This document shows, in pieces, positions 25,409 to 34,942 of a stretch of 64,000 bases of DNA (positions are counted from its first letter, which is position 1; every line of letters begins with the position of its first letter). The DNA lies in the NCBI GenBank assembly GCA_964350265.1, contig CAYGJZ010000002.1, positions 41,007 to 105,006 on the forward strand. Reading direction: 5' to 3'. Source of the DNA: an uncultured Gammaproteobacteria bacterium (GTDB lineage Bacteria > Pseudomonadota > Gammaproteobacteria > Arenicellales > CAJQKF01). A program made the position numbers and the translations under genes. Under the pieces are notes generated by a model. The model was not told the origin of the DNA. It did not search any database and saw only the letters and a program-made list of their open reading frames with translations.

Positions 25409-26665
25409 ATGACACGCGTGAACATCAACCCGGAGCGGCTGTGCGCGGCGCACCGGGAAATGGCGCAACTGGGCGCAACCGGTAACGGGGGTGTCAACCG
25501 CGCGGCCCTCACCGAAGACGACATCGAGGTGCACCGACGTCTGGCCGAGCGGGCCAGCCAGCGCGGCTTCGCGGTGGAGATCGACGACTTCGGCAACCAG
25601 TTCATGCGTCGCCCGGCCGGTTCCGGGAACCGCGCCGCGCTGGCCAGTGGCTCGCACAGCGACAGCCAGCCTACCGGTGGACGTTTCGACGGCATCTACG
25701 GCGTGCTGGCGGCCTTCGAGGTGCTCGAGGCGGTGGACGATGCCGGGCTCGTCACCCGTCACCCGCTGGAGGCGGTGATCTGGAACAACGAGGAGGGGGT
25801 GCGTTTCCTGCCCACCGCCTTCGGCTCCGCGGTGCACGTGGGCAATGCCTGTCTCGAGGAAATGCTGGCGGCGCGCGATGGCAACGGCATCACCATGGCG
25901 GCCGCGGTGGCGTCGTTGCGCGCCGCCATTCCCAAGGCCCGGCCGCGGGCACTGGCGACGCCGCTGGCCGGCTTCGTCGAAGCCCACATCGAGCAGGGTC
26001 CGAACCTCGAGGAACGCGGCTGCACCATCGGCCTGGTGACTGGCATCCAGGGCACGCGCAAGTTCTCGGTGGAGGTCATCGGCGAAGAGGCCCATGCCGG
26101 CACCACCCCGCGACGCACGCGGCGCGATGCCTTCTTCGAGGCGATTGCCGCGGTGAATGCCCTGCACCAGGCCTTCGAGGACCCTGACGACGTGGTGCGC
26201 TTCACCATTGGCCAGTTCGAGGTCTTTCCCGGTGCCCTTGCCGTGGTGCCCGGTCGTGTGTCCTTTCGTATCGACTTTCGTCATCCCGATGCCGAGGTGC
26301 TGCAGCAACTGGGCGACCGCGTAGCCGGCATCTGCCGCGCGGCCATGGACCGGTGCCGGGTAGCAGTGGTGGAAAGCGGCCGCGCTGCGCCGACCGCCTT
26401 CGAGGGGGCGGTGCCACGTGCCATTCGCCAGGCCGTGACCGAGCGGGGCCTTGCCTGGTTGTCCTTGCCGTCCGGAGCCGGTCACGATGCCCGTCACCTG
26501 GCGCGCTTCTGCCCAACCGGCATGATCTTCATTCCCTGTGCGGGCGGCATCAGTCACAACGAGCGTGAGCATGCCGCGGACGCCGACCTGGTGGCGGGAG
26601 CGCAGGTGCTGGCAGATACCCTGCTGATCCTCGACGACGACCTGGCCGGGCCGGGAAGCCCGTGA
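25409..26665 (+). CDS. M20-family amidase (N-carbamoyl-amino-acid / allantoate amidohydrolase type)
   Basis: Characteristic blocks are GGVNRAALT, GSHSDSQPTGGRFDG, WNNEEG, EAHIEQGP, GEEAHAGTTP and SGAGHDA. Confidence 0.85.
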   Translation: MTRVNINPERLCAAHREMAQLGATGNGGVNRAALTEDDIEVHRRLAERASQRGFAVEIDDFGNQFMRRPAGSGNRAALASGSHSDSQPTGGRFDGIYGVLAAFEVLEAVDDAGLVTRHPLEAVIWNNEEGVRFLPTAFGSAVHVGNACLEEMLAARDGNGITMAAAVASLRAAIPKARPRALATPLAGFVEAHIEQGPNLEERGCTIGLVTGIQGTRKFSVEVIGEEAHAGTTPRRTRRDAFFEAIAAVNALHQAFEDPDDVVRFTIGQFEVFPGALAVVPGRVSFRIDFRHPDAEVLQQLGDRVAGICRAAMDRCRVAVVESGRAAPTAFEGAVPRAIRQAVTERGLAWLSLPSGAGHDARHLARFCPTGMIFIPCAGGISHNEREHAADADLVAGAQVLADTLLILDDDLAGPGSP

Positions 26666-26712
26666 AACGGGCCCGGGCGGGCTTCGCCGGCAGCCTGGTA
26701 TTTATAATATTA

Positions 26713-26726
26713 GATTATAGATCAAC
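26713..26726 (+). repeat. AT-rich module GATTATAGATCAAC, near-identical to 61092-61106
   Basis: It matches GATTATAGAATCAAC at 61092 in 14 of 15 positions. Both lie upstream of binding-protein genes on the plus strand. The overlapping AGATCAACCA also occurs at 7146-7155. Confidence 0.4.
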
Positions 26727-26739
26727 CATCTAAATCCAA

Positions 26740-26753
26740 TTGTAATTATACAA
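26740..26753. promoter_or_regulatory. Imperfect palindrome TTGTAATTATACAA upstream of the dpp-like operon
   Basis: It has the GntR-type GT...AC architecture. It shares the TGTA/TATACA half-site flavour with the 24-bp palindrome at 34846. Confidence 0.3.
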
Positions 26754-26854
26754 ACCCCGCGCTAAGATGACCGCGCCCGCGTTGCTTCGAAGACGCTGGC
26801 AACAGGAGCATCCGCCGCAGGGAATGCTACACCGCAGCCAACTCGGGACGACCC

Positions 26855-28408
26855 ATGACAGCTACCGTTGCACGCATTCTTGCCGCCGCCACCACCGCGG
26901 TACTGGCTTCCACCGCACTCGCCAATGAACTCGTCGTCGGGGTCGCCACCGAGCCGACCTCGATGGATCCGCAGTACCAGGCACTGGGTTCCAACGAAGA
27001 GCTCTCCCTGCACCTGTTCGAGGCGCTCATCGAACGCGGCCCGGAGATGGAACTCAAGCCGGCGCTGGCGACCTCCTGGGCACCCACAGACGATCCGCTG
27101 GTCTGGGAGTTCAAGCTGCGTGACGACGTCACCTTCCACAACGGCGAGCCGTTCACCGCGCACGACGTGGTCTTCTCGCTGGAGCGTGCCCTGGACGTGC
27201 CCAATGCCCCCTCCACCTTCAAGCGACGCCTGGTCAAGGTGACCAAGTCCTGGGCGGTGGACGACCACACCCTGCACGTGCAGACCGAGACGCCGTATCC
27301 GCTGCTGCCGCGCTACCTGGCGGCGGTCTACATCGTCAGCAAGGGCATCGGCGACGGGACCGAGTCGACCACCTTCAACGACGGCACCAACACCCATGGC
27401 ACCGGCCGCTACAAGTTCACCGAGTTCGTGCCCGGCGACCACGCCACCTTCACCGCCAACGAGAACTACTACGGCGACAGGCCGCACTGGGACAAGGTCA
27501 CCTTCCGCTGGCTGGAAAGCGGTCCGTCGCGGGTTGCGGCGCTGCTCTCCGGCGATGTCGACGCCATTGCCACGGTGCCGACCACCGATGTCGACCGGCT
27601 GCGCGACAACCCGGACATCAATGTCAGCTGCGGCGTCACCAGTCGGCTGATCTACTGGTCGCTGGACGTGTCCAGCGAACAGGCCGCGCACATCACCGCG
27701 AAGGACGGCAGCGCCATCCCCAACCCGCTCGCCGACGTGCGCGTACGCAAGGCCTTCTCCATGGCCATGGATCGTTCGGCCATCGTCGACAACGTCATGG
27801 GTGGTCTTGCCGTGCCCACCGGCCAGATCGTGTTCGAGGCATTGGGTGGCTACAACCCGGACATCGCCGTGCCCGAGTTCGACGTCGCCGGGGCGAAGGC
27901 GCTGCTCGCCGAGGCCGGTTACCCGGATGGCTTCAAGCTCACCATTCATGCCACCAACGACCGCTACGTCAACGATGCCAAGCTGGCCCAGGCCGTGGCG
28001 CAGATGCTGACCCGCATCGGTGTCGACGTCACCGTGGAGACCATGCCGGTGGCGGTGTACTACGGCAAGGCACGCAAGCACGAGTTCACCATGGCCCAGA
28101 TCGGCTGGAGCACGGCATCGGGCGAGTCCTCGGCCATCCTGCACCCGGCCCTGGCATCCGGGCAGCGCAACAACTACGGTCGCTGGGAAAACGCCGAGTT
28201 CAACCAGCAACTGGAGGCGGCGTTGAGCACGGTGGATCTTGAGCAGTACGAAAAGTCCCTGCAGGCGGCCACGCGGGTCGCGGTGGAAGAAGACGTGGCC
28301 ATCATCCCCACCCACATCCAGGTGCTGTGCAGCGCCTCGCGCAAGGAACTGGCGGTGACGCCGCGCATCGACGAGCTGATGCTCGCCGAGTCGGTCCGTC
28401 GGCAGTAG
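26855..28408 (+). CDS. ABC substrate-binding protein, family 5 (DppA/OppA-like)
   Basis: A signal peptide is present (ILAAATTAVLASTALA). The product is a 517-aa family-5 binding protein and is followed by DppBCDF-like genes. Confidence 0.85.
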   Translation: MTATVARILAAATTAVLASTALANELVVGVATEPTSMDPQYQALGSNEELSLHLFEALIERGPEMELKPALATSWAPTDDPLVWEFKLRDDVTFHNGEPFTAHDVVFSLERALDVPNAPSTFKRRLVKVTKSWAVDDHTLHVQTETPYPLLPRYLAAVYIVSKGIGDGTESTTFNDGTNTHGTGRYKFTEFVPGDHATFTANENYYGDRPHWDKVTFRWLESGPSRVAALLSGDVDAIATVPTTDVDRLRDNPDINVSCGVTSRLIYWSLDVSSEQAAHITAKDGSAIPNPLADVRVRKAFSMAMDRSAIVDNVMGGLAVPTGQIVFEALGGYNPDIAVPEFDVAGAKALLAEAGYPDGFKLTIHATNDRYVNDAKLAQAVAQMLTRIGVDVTVETMPVAVYYGKARKHEFTMAQIGWSTASGESSAILHPALASGQRNNYGRWENAEFNQQLEAALSTVDLEQYEKSLQAATRVAVEEDVAIIPTHIQVLCSASRKELAVTPRIDELMLAESVRRQ

Positions 28409-28449
28409 GACCCCGATCAACGGCGGACCATCTCCCGTGGTAACACGCG

Positions 28450-28473
28450 CGGCCGGCGCCATGGCGCCGGCCG
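28450..28473 (+). other. 24-bp perfect GC palindrome (hairpin) after the binding-protein gene
   Basis: The sequence is CGGCCGGCGCCATGGCGCCGGCCG. It starts 42 nt after the stop, and a CTTTTCC tract lies about 20 nt downstream. It could be an intercistronic attenuator or stabiliser. Confidence 0.45.
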
Positions 28474-28512
28474 ACGCCCACTGTTGCGCACTTTTCCCGG
28501 CGGCGTAGCGCG

Positions 28513-29496
28513 ATGAGCCTGTACATCATTCACCGGATGGCACAAAGCGTGTTGGTGCTGCTGGTCACCATCGCCTTGATGTTCATCGGCATCTACGTCA
28601 TCGGCAACCCGGTGGACGTGCTGGTTTCCCAGGAAGCCGACCAGGCCGAGTTCGAGCGCATGGTGGCCATGCTCGGTCTCGACCGGCCCTTGTGGGAACA
28701 GTTCCTGGCCTACCTGTCCAACCTCGTCACCGGCAACCTCGGTCGATCCTTCGCCTTCAGCGAGCCGGCGCTGCAACTGGTGGTGCAACGACTGCCGGCG
28801 ACCCTGGAACTGGTCTTCGTCGCCATGTCGCTGGCGCTGGTCATCGGCATTCCCCTTGGCCTGTATACCGGCCTGCATCCGAATCGTCGCAGCGCGCGGC
28901 TGATCATGGGCACCTCCATCGTCGGGGTGAGCATTCCCAACTTCTGGCAGGGCCTGGTGCTGATTTTCATCATGGCGGTGAGCCTGCAGGCATTGCCGGC
29001 CGGTGGACGTGGCGACACCGCCACCGTGCTGGGCATCACCTCCAGCCTGTGGACACTGGACGGCTGGAGCCACGTGCTGCTGCCGGCGGTGAACCTGGCG
29101 CTGTTCCAGTGCACGCTGGTGATCAGGCTGGTGCGCGCCAGCGTCCGCGAGATCAGCGCACTGGACTTCGTCAAGTTCGCCCGCGCCAAGGGGCTTCGCG
29201 CCGGTCGCATCGTCTGGGTGCATATTTTCAAGAACACCCTGGTAGTGCTGATCACCGTGGTCGGCATGCAGCTCGGTTCGCTGATTGCCTACTCGGTGGT
29301 CACCGAGACCATCTTCGCCTGGCCGGGCATCGGCAAGCTGATCATCGACAGCGTCTACATCCTCGACCGGCCGGTGATCCTGGCCTACATGCTGGTGATG
29401 GTCCTGATGTTCATCACCATCAACCTGGTGGTGGATATCCTGTACTCGTTCATCGATCCGCGCATCCGGCTCGGCGGGGGTGAATCGTGGCGCTAG
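28513..29496 (+). CDS. ABC permease, DppB-like
   Basis: The product is hydrophobic and 327 aa long. It carries an EAA-type loop (ARAKGLRAGRIVWVHIFKN). Confidence 0.9.
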   Translation: MSLYIIHRMAQSVLVLLVTIALMFIGIYVIGNPVDVLVSQEADQAEFERMVAMLGLDRPLWEQFLAYLSNLVTGNLGRSFAFSEPALQLVVQRLPATLELVFVAMSLALVIGIPLGLYTGLHPNRRSARLIMGTSIVGVSIPNFWQGLVLIFIMAVSLQALPAGGRGDTATVLGITSSLWTLDGWSHVLLPAVNLALFQCTLVIRLVRASVREISALDFVKFARAKGLRAGRIVWVHIFKNTLVVLITVVGMQLGSLIAYSVVTETIFAWPGIGKLIIDSVYILDRPVILAYMLVMVLMFITINLVVDILYSFIDPRIRLGGGESWR

Positions 29497-30788
29497 GGGA
29501 GGGCGGCGTGCCGGCGGTTGCCGCCAACGGCGCCATTGCCGCCGAGGACGAGTCGCCGGTGCGGCGCACCGTGCGCCAGTTCCGCGAGAACCGCGTGGCG
29601 GTGGCTTCGCTGGTCATCCTGGTGCTGATCGTGGTGCTGTCGGTGCTGGCACCGTGGATCGCCCCACAGGACCCCTACGACCTCGGCGAGATCGACATCG
29701 CCGACAGCCGGCTGCCGCCGGGTACGGCGAAGATGTCGCCGCCAGCGGAGCTCGGGTTGTATGCGACCATCGCCGCGGACGGCTCGGTCAGCACCCGGCG
29801 GGTGGATCGCGCCGACTACGAATCCCTCGACCAGTTGCGCGTCGAGGTCGCCGCGCAGGCCGAGGGCGGCGGTTATCGCCTGGCCCTGGTGCCGACGGCG
29901 GATGGCCCGCTGGATCCGTTGCGCGGCGTCCAGGTCAAGGAACTGCCCGGCGGTGCGACGCTGTCGGCTGGGGAGAAGGACCCGTTCCGCAACCTGTGGC
30001 GCGTTCCGGGCAGTGCCGCCGACGCGCTGGTGCTTACGCTTCCCGCAGCCACCGCCAGGGACGAGGTCACCTTCCGCATCGAGGTCACCGGCGAACGGAC
30101 CACCGCCTTGCAGACCTTCTGGCTGGGCACCGACGACCAGGGGCGCGACATGCTCAGCGCCATCCTCTACGGCCTGCGCATCAGCATCGCCATCGCCCTT
30201 GGCAGCGTGCTCATCGCGCTGACCATCGGCACGTTGGTCGGGTTGTGCGCTGCCTACTACGGTGGCCGCGTGGATGCCGTGATCATGCGCGTGGTGGACC
30301 TGCAGTTGAGCTTTCCCACCATCCTGGTGGCGTTGATCCTGCTCGCCGCCATGGGCCAGGGCCTGGTCAACGTGCTGGTGGCCCTGGTCGTCGTGCAGTG
30401 GGCCCTGTACGCGCGCACCGCACGCGGCGTGGCGCTGGCGGAACGGGAGCGGGAATACGTCGAGGCCGCCCGCGGGCTCGGCCTGCGCACGCCGCGCATC
30501 CTGCTCGTGCACATCCTGCCCAACTGCCTGCCGTCGCTGATCGTCATTGCCACGCTGGAGGTCGGCAATGCCATCTCGCTGGAAGCAACGCTGAGCTTTC
30601 TTGGCCTCGGCCTGCCGGTCACCGAGCCCTCCCTGGGCCTGCTGGTCTCGGCCGGCTTCGAGTACCTGCTGTCCGGCTATCCCTGGATCAGCATCCTGCC
30701 CGGGGTGGCCTTGCTGGTGACCGTGGTCTGCATCAACCTGGTCGGCGACGAGTTGCGCGACATCATGAATCCACGCCTGCAGAAATGA
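29487..30788 (+). CDS. ABC permease, DppC-like, with ~130-aa periplasmic insertion
   Basis: The conserved blocks APWIAPQDPY and FWLGTDDQGRD are separated by about 130 non-hydrophobic residues rather than the usual ~15. The start is GTG and overlaps the dppB-like stop. Confidence 0.85.
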   Translation: MALGEGGVPAVAANGAIAAEDESPVRRTVRQFRENRVAVASLVILVLIVVLSVLAPWIAPQDPYDLGEIDIADSRLPPGTAKMSPPAELGLYATIAADGSVSTRRVDRADYESLDQLRVEVAAQAEGGGYRLALVPTADGPLDPLRGVQVKELPGGATLSAGEKDPFRNLWRVPGSAADALVLTLPAATARDEVTFRIEVTGERTTALQTFWLGTDDQGRDMLSAILYGLRISIAIALGSVLIALTIGTLVGLCAAYYGGRVDAVIMRVVDLQLSFPTILVALILLAAMGQGLVNVLVALVVVQWALYARTARGVALAEREREYVEAARGLGLRTPRILLVHILPNCLPSLIVIATLEVGNAISLEATLSFLGLGLPVTEPSLGLLVSAGFEYLLSGYPWISILPGVALLVTVVCINLVGDELRDIMNPRLQK

Positions 30789-31780
30789 ACCAGGCCGAGC
30801 ACGGACATCCCACGGCACTGCTCGCGGTGGAGGGGCTGCGTACCAGCTTCTTCACCCGTGGCGGCGAACTGCGCGCGGTGGACGATGTCAGCTTCCACGT
30901 TGATCGTGGCGAGATCGTCGGCCTGGTCGGTGAATCCGGTTCGGGCAAGACGGTCACCGGGCAGTCCATCCTTGGCCTGGTGGACGAGCCGGGTCGCATT
31001 ACCGGTGGCCGCGTACTGTTCCATGGCGAAGACCTCGTTCACGCCAGTGCCGAGCGCCTGCGTGAACTGCGCGGACATCGCATTGCCATGATCTTCCAGG
31101 ACCCGGCGACCACGCTGAACCCGGTGCTGCGGGTCGGTACGCAGATGGTCGAGGCCATTCGCACCCACCAGCGCGTTTCCGCCGCCGAGGCGCGGCAGCG
31201 TGCCCGCGATGCACTGGGCATGATGGGCATTCCGTCGCCGGAGGAACGACTGGACGGCTACCCCCACCAGTTCTCCGGCGGCATGCGCCAGCGCGTGGCC
31301 ATCGCCATCGCGGTGCTGCACGAGCCGGACCTGGTGATCGCCGATGAGCCCACCACCGCGCTGGACGTCACCATCCAGGCGCAGATCCTGCACGAGGTGC
31401 AGCGACTGCGGCGGGATCGTGGCATGGCGGTGATCTGGATCAGCCACGACCTGTCGGTGGTTGCCGGCCTGGTGGACCGGGTCTGCGTCATGTACGCGGG
31501 CAGCATCATCGAGCAGGGCAGTGTCGACGATGTGCTTGACCGGCCGCTGCATCCCTACAGCCGCGGGCTGATCGATTCGGTGCCCAGTCGCAACCGGCCG
31601 GGGCAGCCGCTGGCGCAGATTCCCGGCGCCATGCCGTCGCTGCTCGATCTCGCCCCGGGCTGCCGCTTCCAGCCCCGCTGTCCACGCGCCGACGACTCCT
31701 GTACGCCGCTGCCGGCACTGCGCGACCATGGCCGGCGACAGGTGCGCTGCGTGCACCCGCTGGCGGAGGGGGAACGTTGA
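30785..31780 (+). CDS. ABC ATP-binding protein, DppD-like
   Basis: Walker A is GESGSGKT and the signature is [12 protein letters not shown]. The C-terminal oligopeptide-type extension reads [10 protein letters not shown]...CRFQPRCP. An ATGA overlap joins it to the upstream gene. Confidence 0.9.
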   Translation: MNQAEHGHPTALLAVEGLRTSFFTRGGELRAVDDVSFHVDRGEIVGLVGESGSGKTVTGQSILGLVDEPGRITGGRVLFHGEDLVHASAERLRELRGHRIAMIFQDPATTLNPVLRVGTQMVEAIRTHQRVSAAEARQRARDALGMMGIPSPEERLDGYPHQFSGGMRQRVAIAIAVLHEPDLVIADEPTTALDVTIQAQILHEVQRLRRDRGMAVIWISHDLSVVAGLVDRVCVMYAGSIIEQGSVDDVLDRPLHPYSRGLIDSVPSRNRPGQPLAQIPGAMPSLLDLAPGCRFQPRCPRADDSCTPLPALRDHGRRQVRCVHPLAEGER

Positions 31781-32775
31781 CCACGCCGATCATGGAACTG
31801 TCCGCCGTGTCGCGCCGCTTCAGCCGCGGTCTCGACCCGGTGGCGCGCATGCTCAACCGGCTCGGCGCGCGCTACCGCGAGCAGGTGGTGCACGCGGTGG
31901 AGCAGGTGGATCTCGCGGTGATGCCCGGGGAAGTGATGGGCCTGGTCGGCGAATCCGGCTGTGGCAAGTCCACCCTTGGTCGCGTGGTTGCCGGCCTGCT
32001 CAAGCCCAGCGCGGGCGAGATCCGCTACCGCGGCGAGTCCTTGTCATCGTTGTCCGCGGTTGACGCCCATCGCTACCGCATGGACGTGCAGGTCATCTTC
32101 CAGGATCCGTTCACGTCGCTGAATCCGCGTCGCCGGGTGCGCGACATCATCGGCGAGGCGCCCCGCATCCACGGCCAGTGGCCGGCGGCGGAGGTCGACC
32201 AGCGGCTGGTCGACGTGATGCAGCGGGTCGGTCTCGACCCGAAGGTGCGCGGACGCTACCCGCACCAGTTCTCCGGCGGCCAGCGCCAGCGTATCGGCAT
32301 TGCCCGCGCCATCGCCGTGAACCCCGCCTTCCTGGTCTGCGACGAGGCGGTGGCGGCGCTGGACGTTTCCATCCAGGCGCAGATCCTCAACCTGTTCATG
32401 CAACTGCGCGAGGATCTCGGTCTGACCTACCTGTTCATCAGCCACGATCTCGGCGTCATCCGGCACCTGTCGGACCGCGTCACGGTGATGTATCTCGGCC
32501 GGGTGGTGGAAAGCGGGCCGACCGCCGAACTGCTGGGCGAGCCCAACCACCCCTATACCCGGGCACTGCTCGACGAGGTGCCGCGCATCGAGGACCGCCA
32601 GCGCAGCTTTCCCGCGGTGCGCGGCGAGATTCCCTCGCCGCTGAACCCGCCTGGTGGCTGCGCCTACCACCCGCGCTGCCCGCATGCCATGGCCCGTTGC
32701 CGGGTGGAGACGCCGCTGCCGCGGGAGATTGCCCCGGGGCGGCGCAGCGCCTGCCACCTGAACGACGTCGCCTGA
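31777..32775 (+). CDS. ABC ATP-binding protein, DppF-like
   Basis: Walker A is GESGCGKST and the signature is [12 protein letters not shown]. The C-terminal blocks are HPYTRALL and CAYHPRCP. Confidence 0.9.
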   Translation: MTTPIMELSAVSRRFSRGLDPVARMLNRLGARYREQVVHAVEQVDLAVMPGEVMGLVGESGCGKSTLGRVVAGLLKPSAGEIRYRGESLSSLSAVDAHRYRMDVQVIFQDPFTSLNPRRRVRDIIGEAPRIHGQWPAAEVDQRLVDVMQRVGLDPKVRGRYPHQFSGGQRQRIGIARAIAVNPAFLVCDEAVAALDVSIQAQILNLFMQLREDLGLTYLFISHDLGVIRHLSDRVTVMYLGRVVESGPTAELLGEPNHPYTRALLDEVPRIEDRQRSFPAVRGEIPSPLNPPGGCAYHPRCPHAMARCRVETPLPREIAPGRRSACHLNDVA

Positions 32776-32783
32776 GGCGACGT
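32765..32783. terminator. Short hairpin between convergent dppF-like and peptidase-like genes
   Basis: The arms are ACGTCGCC and GGCGACGT, with the stop codon TGA forming the loop. The 3-nt loop is tight, so this call is weak. Confidence 0.3.
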
Positions 32784-32790
32784 TGCCGCG

Positions 32791-33882
32791 CTAGGTGGCG
32801 ATGCGCGACAACGCGGTTCGGGTCACCTCCAGGCCGCGCTCCCAGACCTGCTGCTTCCAGGCGGTTTCGTCGGGGTAGGAGGCGTCCTTGACCTCGCGCT
32901 TGATGCGCCGGCCCAGATCGCTGTCCAGTTCGCCCCGTGCATGCAGCCAGGTGTTGGCAAGCATGCAGCGACGCATGTGTTCGCGCTCGCGGGTGCCGAA
33001 CTCCAGGCCGATGGCGGCCCACGCCAGGTGTTCCAGCGGTGGCTTGAAGCCGGCCAGGATGCTGCCCTTGGAGCCGGCATAGGCGGAGCTGCCGGCAGTG
33101 GTGCTGTGCACCTGGTCGCCGTACCAGTCATGGAAGAGGTCGTAGACCGGCTCGCCCGGCTTGCTCGGCGTCATCAGCTCGCCGTAGCCATAGGGGCCAA
33201 GGCCGGTGTGCACGTCGATCAGCACCGCCCGCCGCGCATGTTCCAGGTAGCGCGTGCAGATCTTCGACAGCGTCCGACTCGACCAGCTGGCGCGGTCGCC
33301 GCCGTAGTGCACGCTGTCCGGGTGGCGGTACTGTCCCTTGTGCATGGCCTTGCGTACGGGTACCTCGCCGTAGCGTTGGTTGAGGCGCTCCAGGGTGGCC
33401 TTGTAGCGCTCCCAGGCATCGTCGTTCCACTGTGCCGGCACCAGGTGTTCCACCAGTTCCTCGAACAGGTCGTTCTCGGGGTAGTTGCCGCCCTCGTGGT
33501 CGACGAAGTTGCGGTTGAGGTCGACGCCGTCCTCGTTCTCCCGCCGCAGCCAGGCCATGCCCCAGGGGTTGATGGCATGCACCAGCAGCAGCGCGGTGCC
33601 CACCGCAGGCTTTGGTGCGGAGTGGTCCAGCAGCAGGCCGACCTGGATGGCCGAGCCGGCGAAGCCCTCGACGCCGTGGGTCGCCGAGGTGATGGCGACC
33701 ACCTGTTCCGCGTCGGGGTCGCCGACCAGCGCCACGTCGGTGAACAGGGACTCTCCCTCGGGTCCTTTCAGCGGGTTGCGGTAGCTGTCGACGTTGACCC
33801 CGGCACGCAGGCAGGCGGCCAGGAAGGTGGCGCGGGCATCGGTGTAGGTGGCTGCGTAGTAGTCTTCGGTCGACCGGGTCAT
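32791..33882 (-). CDS. M14-like zinc carboxypeptidase-fold protein (DUF2817-type)
   Basis: Characteristic blocks are SATHGVEGFAGSAIQ, VDLNRNF and IDVHTGLGPYGYGE. I chose ATG 33882 (MTRSTEDYY) as the start. Confidence 0.6.
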   Translation of the reverse strand: MTRSTEDYYAATYTDARATFLAACLRAGVNVDSYRNPLKGPEGESLFTDVALVGDPDAEQVVAITSATHGVEGFAGSAIQVGLLLDHSAPKPAVGTALLLVHAINPWGMAWLRRENEDGVDLNRNFVDHEGGNYPENDLFEELVEHLVPAQWNDDAWERYKATLERLNQRYGEVPVRKAMHKGQYRHPDSVHYGGDRASWSSRTLSKICTRYLEHARRAVLIDVHTGLGPYGYGELMTPSKPGEPVYDLFHDWYGDQVHSTTAGSSAYAGSKGSILAGFKPPLEHLAWAAIGLEFGTREREHMRRCMLANTWLHARGELDSDLGRRIKREVKDASYPDETAWKQQVWERGLEVTRTALSRIAT

Positions 33883-34016
33883 GGGCGTGGATTCCTTGCG
33901 GTGGAGTCTGTCGGGCAGAGCGGACATGCTATCAGAATCCGATGCCGGTCACGGTTGGCGGGCATGCGTTCCGGCACCTGCCAACGCGTCCGTCGCCGCG
34001 TGCGCGACACCGGCCG

Positions 34017-34796
34017 CTAGCGCGGCCGCATCAATACCCGTGGCTGGTTGCCGTCACCATCAAGATCGAGGTCGAAGCCGTAGCGGACCATGTCCGCGCG
34101 GTGCACGGTGCGGCCGGCGAGGACCCTTCGGCCGCGGATGTCGCGGTAGGTCATGCGCCGCTCCAGCACCGCGTCGCTTGGCGACAGCAGCAGGATGGCG
34201 GCAAGGGTGTCGCCGGCGACGCCTGCGCCGATGGTCCACTGGATCCGGCCGAGCGAGGTGGCGGCGCGCAGACGGCCGGCGATGGCGTCGCGCGCATTGT
34301 CCTCGCAAAACCCCGCCTCGCGGGCCAGCGGCCCGGCCAGCAAGCGTTCGTCCACTGCCACCGGCGAGGACCCCACCGAGCGGCTGCGAATGATCCACAG
34401 CACGTCGTCGCCCTCGTCGAGATCCAACTGGGTGGTTTCCGCGCGGCTGGGAGGGCGGAACTCGAAACTCAGTACCCGCACCTCCTGGGCCACGCCGACG
34501 TCGGCGTACTGGCCGGCGATGTCGAGGTCTTTGTCCAGTCGCTCGATGAAGACGCGTTCGGTGACGAAGGTGCCCTGGCCGGAGCGGCGCCGCAGCAGTC
34601 CCTCGTCGACCAGGCCGGCGATGGCCTGGCGCACGGTCATGCGGCTGACGCCGTAGCGTTCGGCCAGTTCGTTGTCGCCGTGAAAGCGCTCGGCCGGGTC
34701 CGGCCAGCGCAGGATCTCGGCGAGCAGGTCGAGGCGGATCTGCATGAACAGCGGGATCGGCGAGTCGTGGTCCAGGGTGTGGAAATGTCCACGCAT
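34017..34796 (-). CDS. GntR-family regulator, HutC/UTRA subfamily
   Basis: The wHTH reads GDNELAERYGVSRMTVRQAIAGLVDEGLLRRRSGQGTFV. A C-terminal UTRA-like effector domain follows. Confidence 0.85.
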   Translation of the reverse strand: MRGHFHTLDHDSPIPLFMQIRLDLLAEILRWPDPAERFHGDNELAERYGVSRMTVRQAIAGLVDEGLLRRRSGQGTFVTERVFIERLDKDLDIAGQYADVGVAQEVRVLSFEFRPPSRAETTQLDLDEGDDVLWIIRSRSVGSSPVAVDERLLAGPLAREAGFCEDNARDAIAGRLRAATSLGRIQWTIGAGVAGDTLAAILLLSPSDAVLERRMTYRDIRGRRVLAGRTVHRADMVRYGFDLDLDGDGNQPRVLMRPR

Positions 34797-34845
34797 GGCG
34801 GTGTTTCCGGTGTGCGGGGCAGGGCGCTTGCGGCCGCATGGGTCA

Positions 34846-34869
34846 AAATGTATAGTCGACTATACATTT
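34846..34869. promoter_or_regulatory. 24-bp perfect palindrome AAATGTATAGTCGACTATACATTT (candidate HutC-type operator)
   Basis: I checked it base by base and found 12 of 12 pairs. It lies between the divergent gntR (start 34796) and diiron-protein (start 34943) genes. Confidence 0.6.
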
Positions 34870-34942
34870 AAATGGTGACGGATTTCCAACCGCCGCCGAC
34901 GCCGAACCGAAACACCGCGAACACGACACGAGGAGCATCTCA

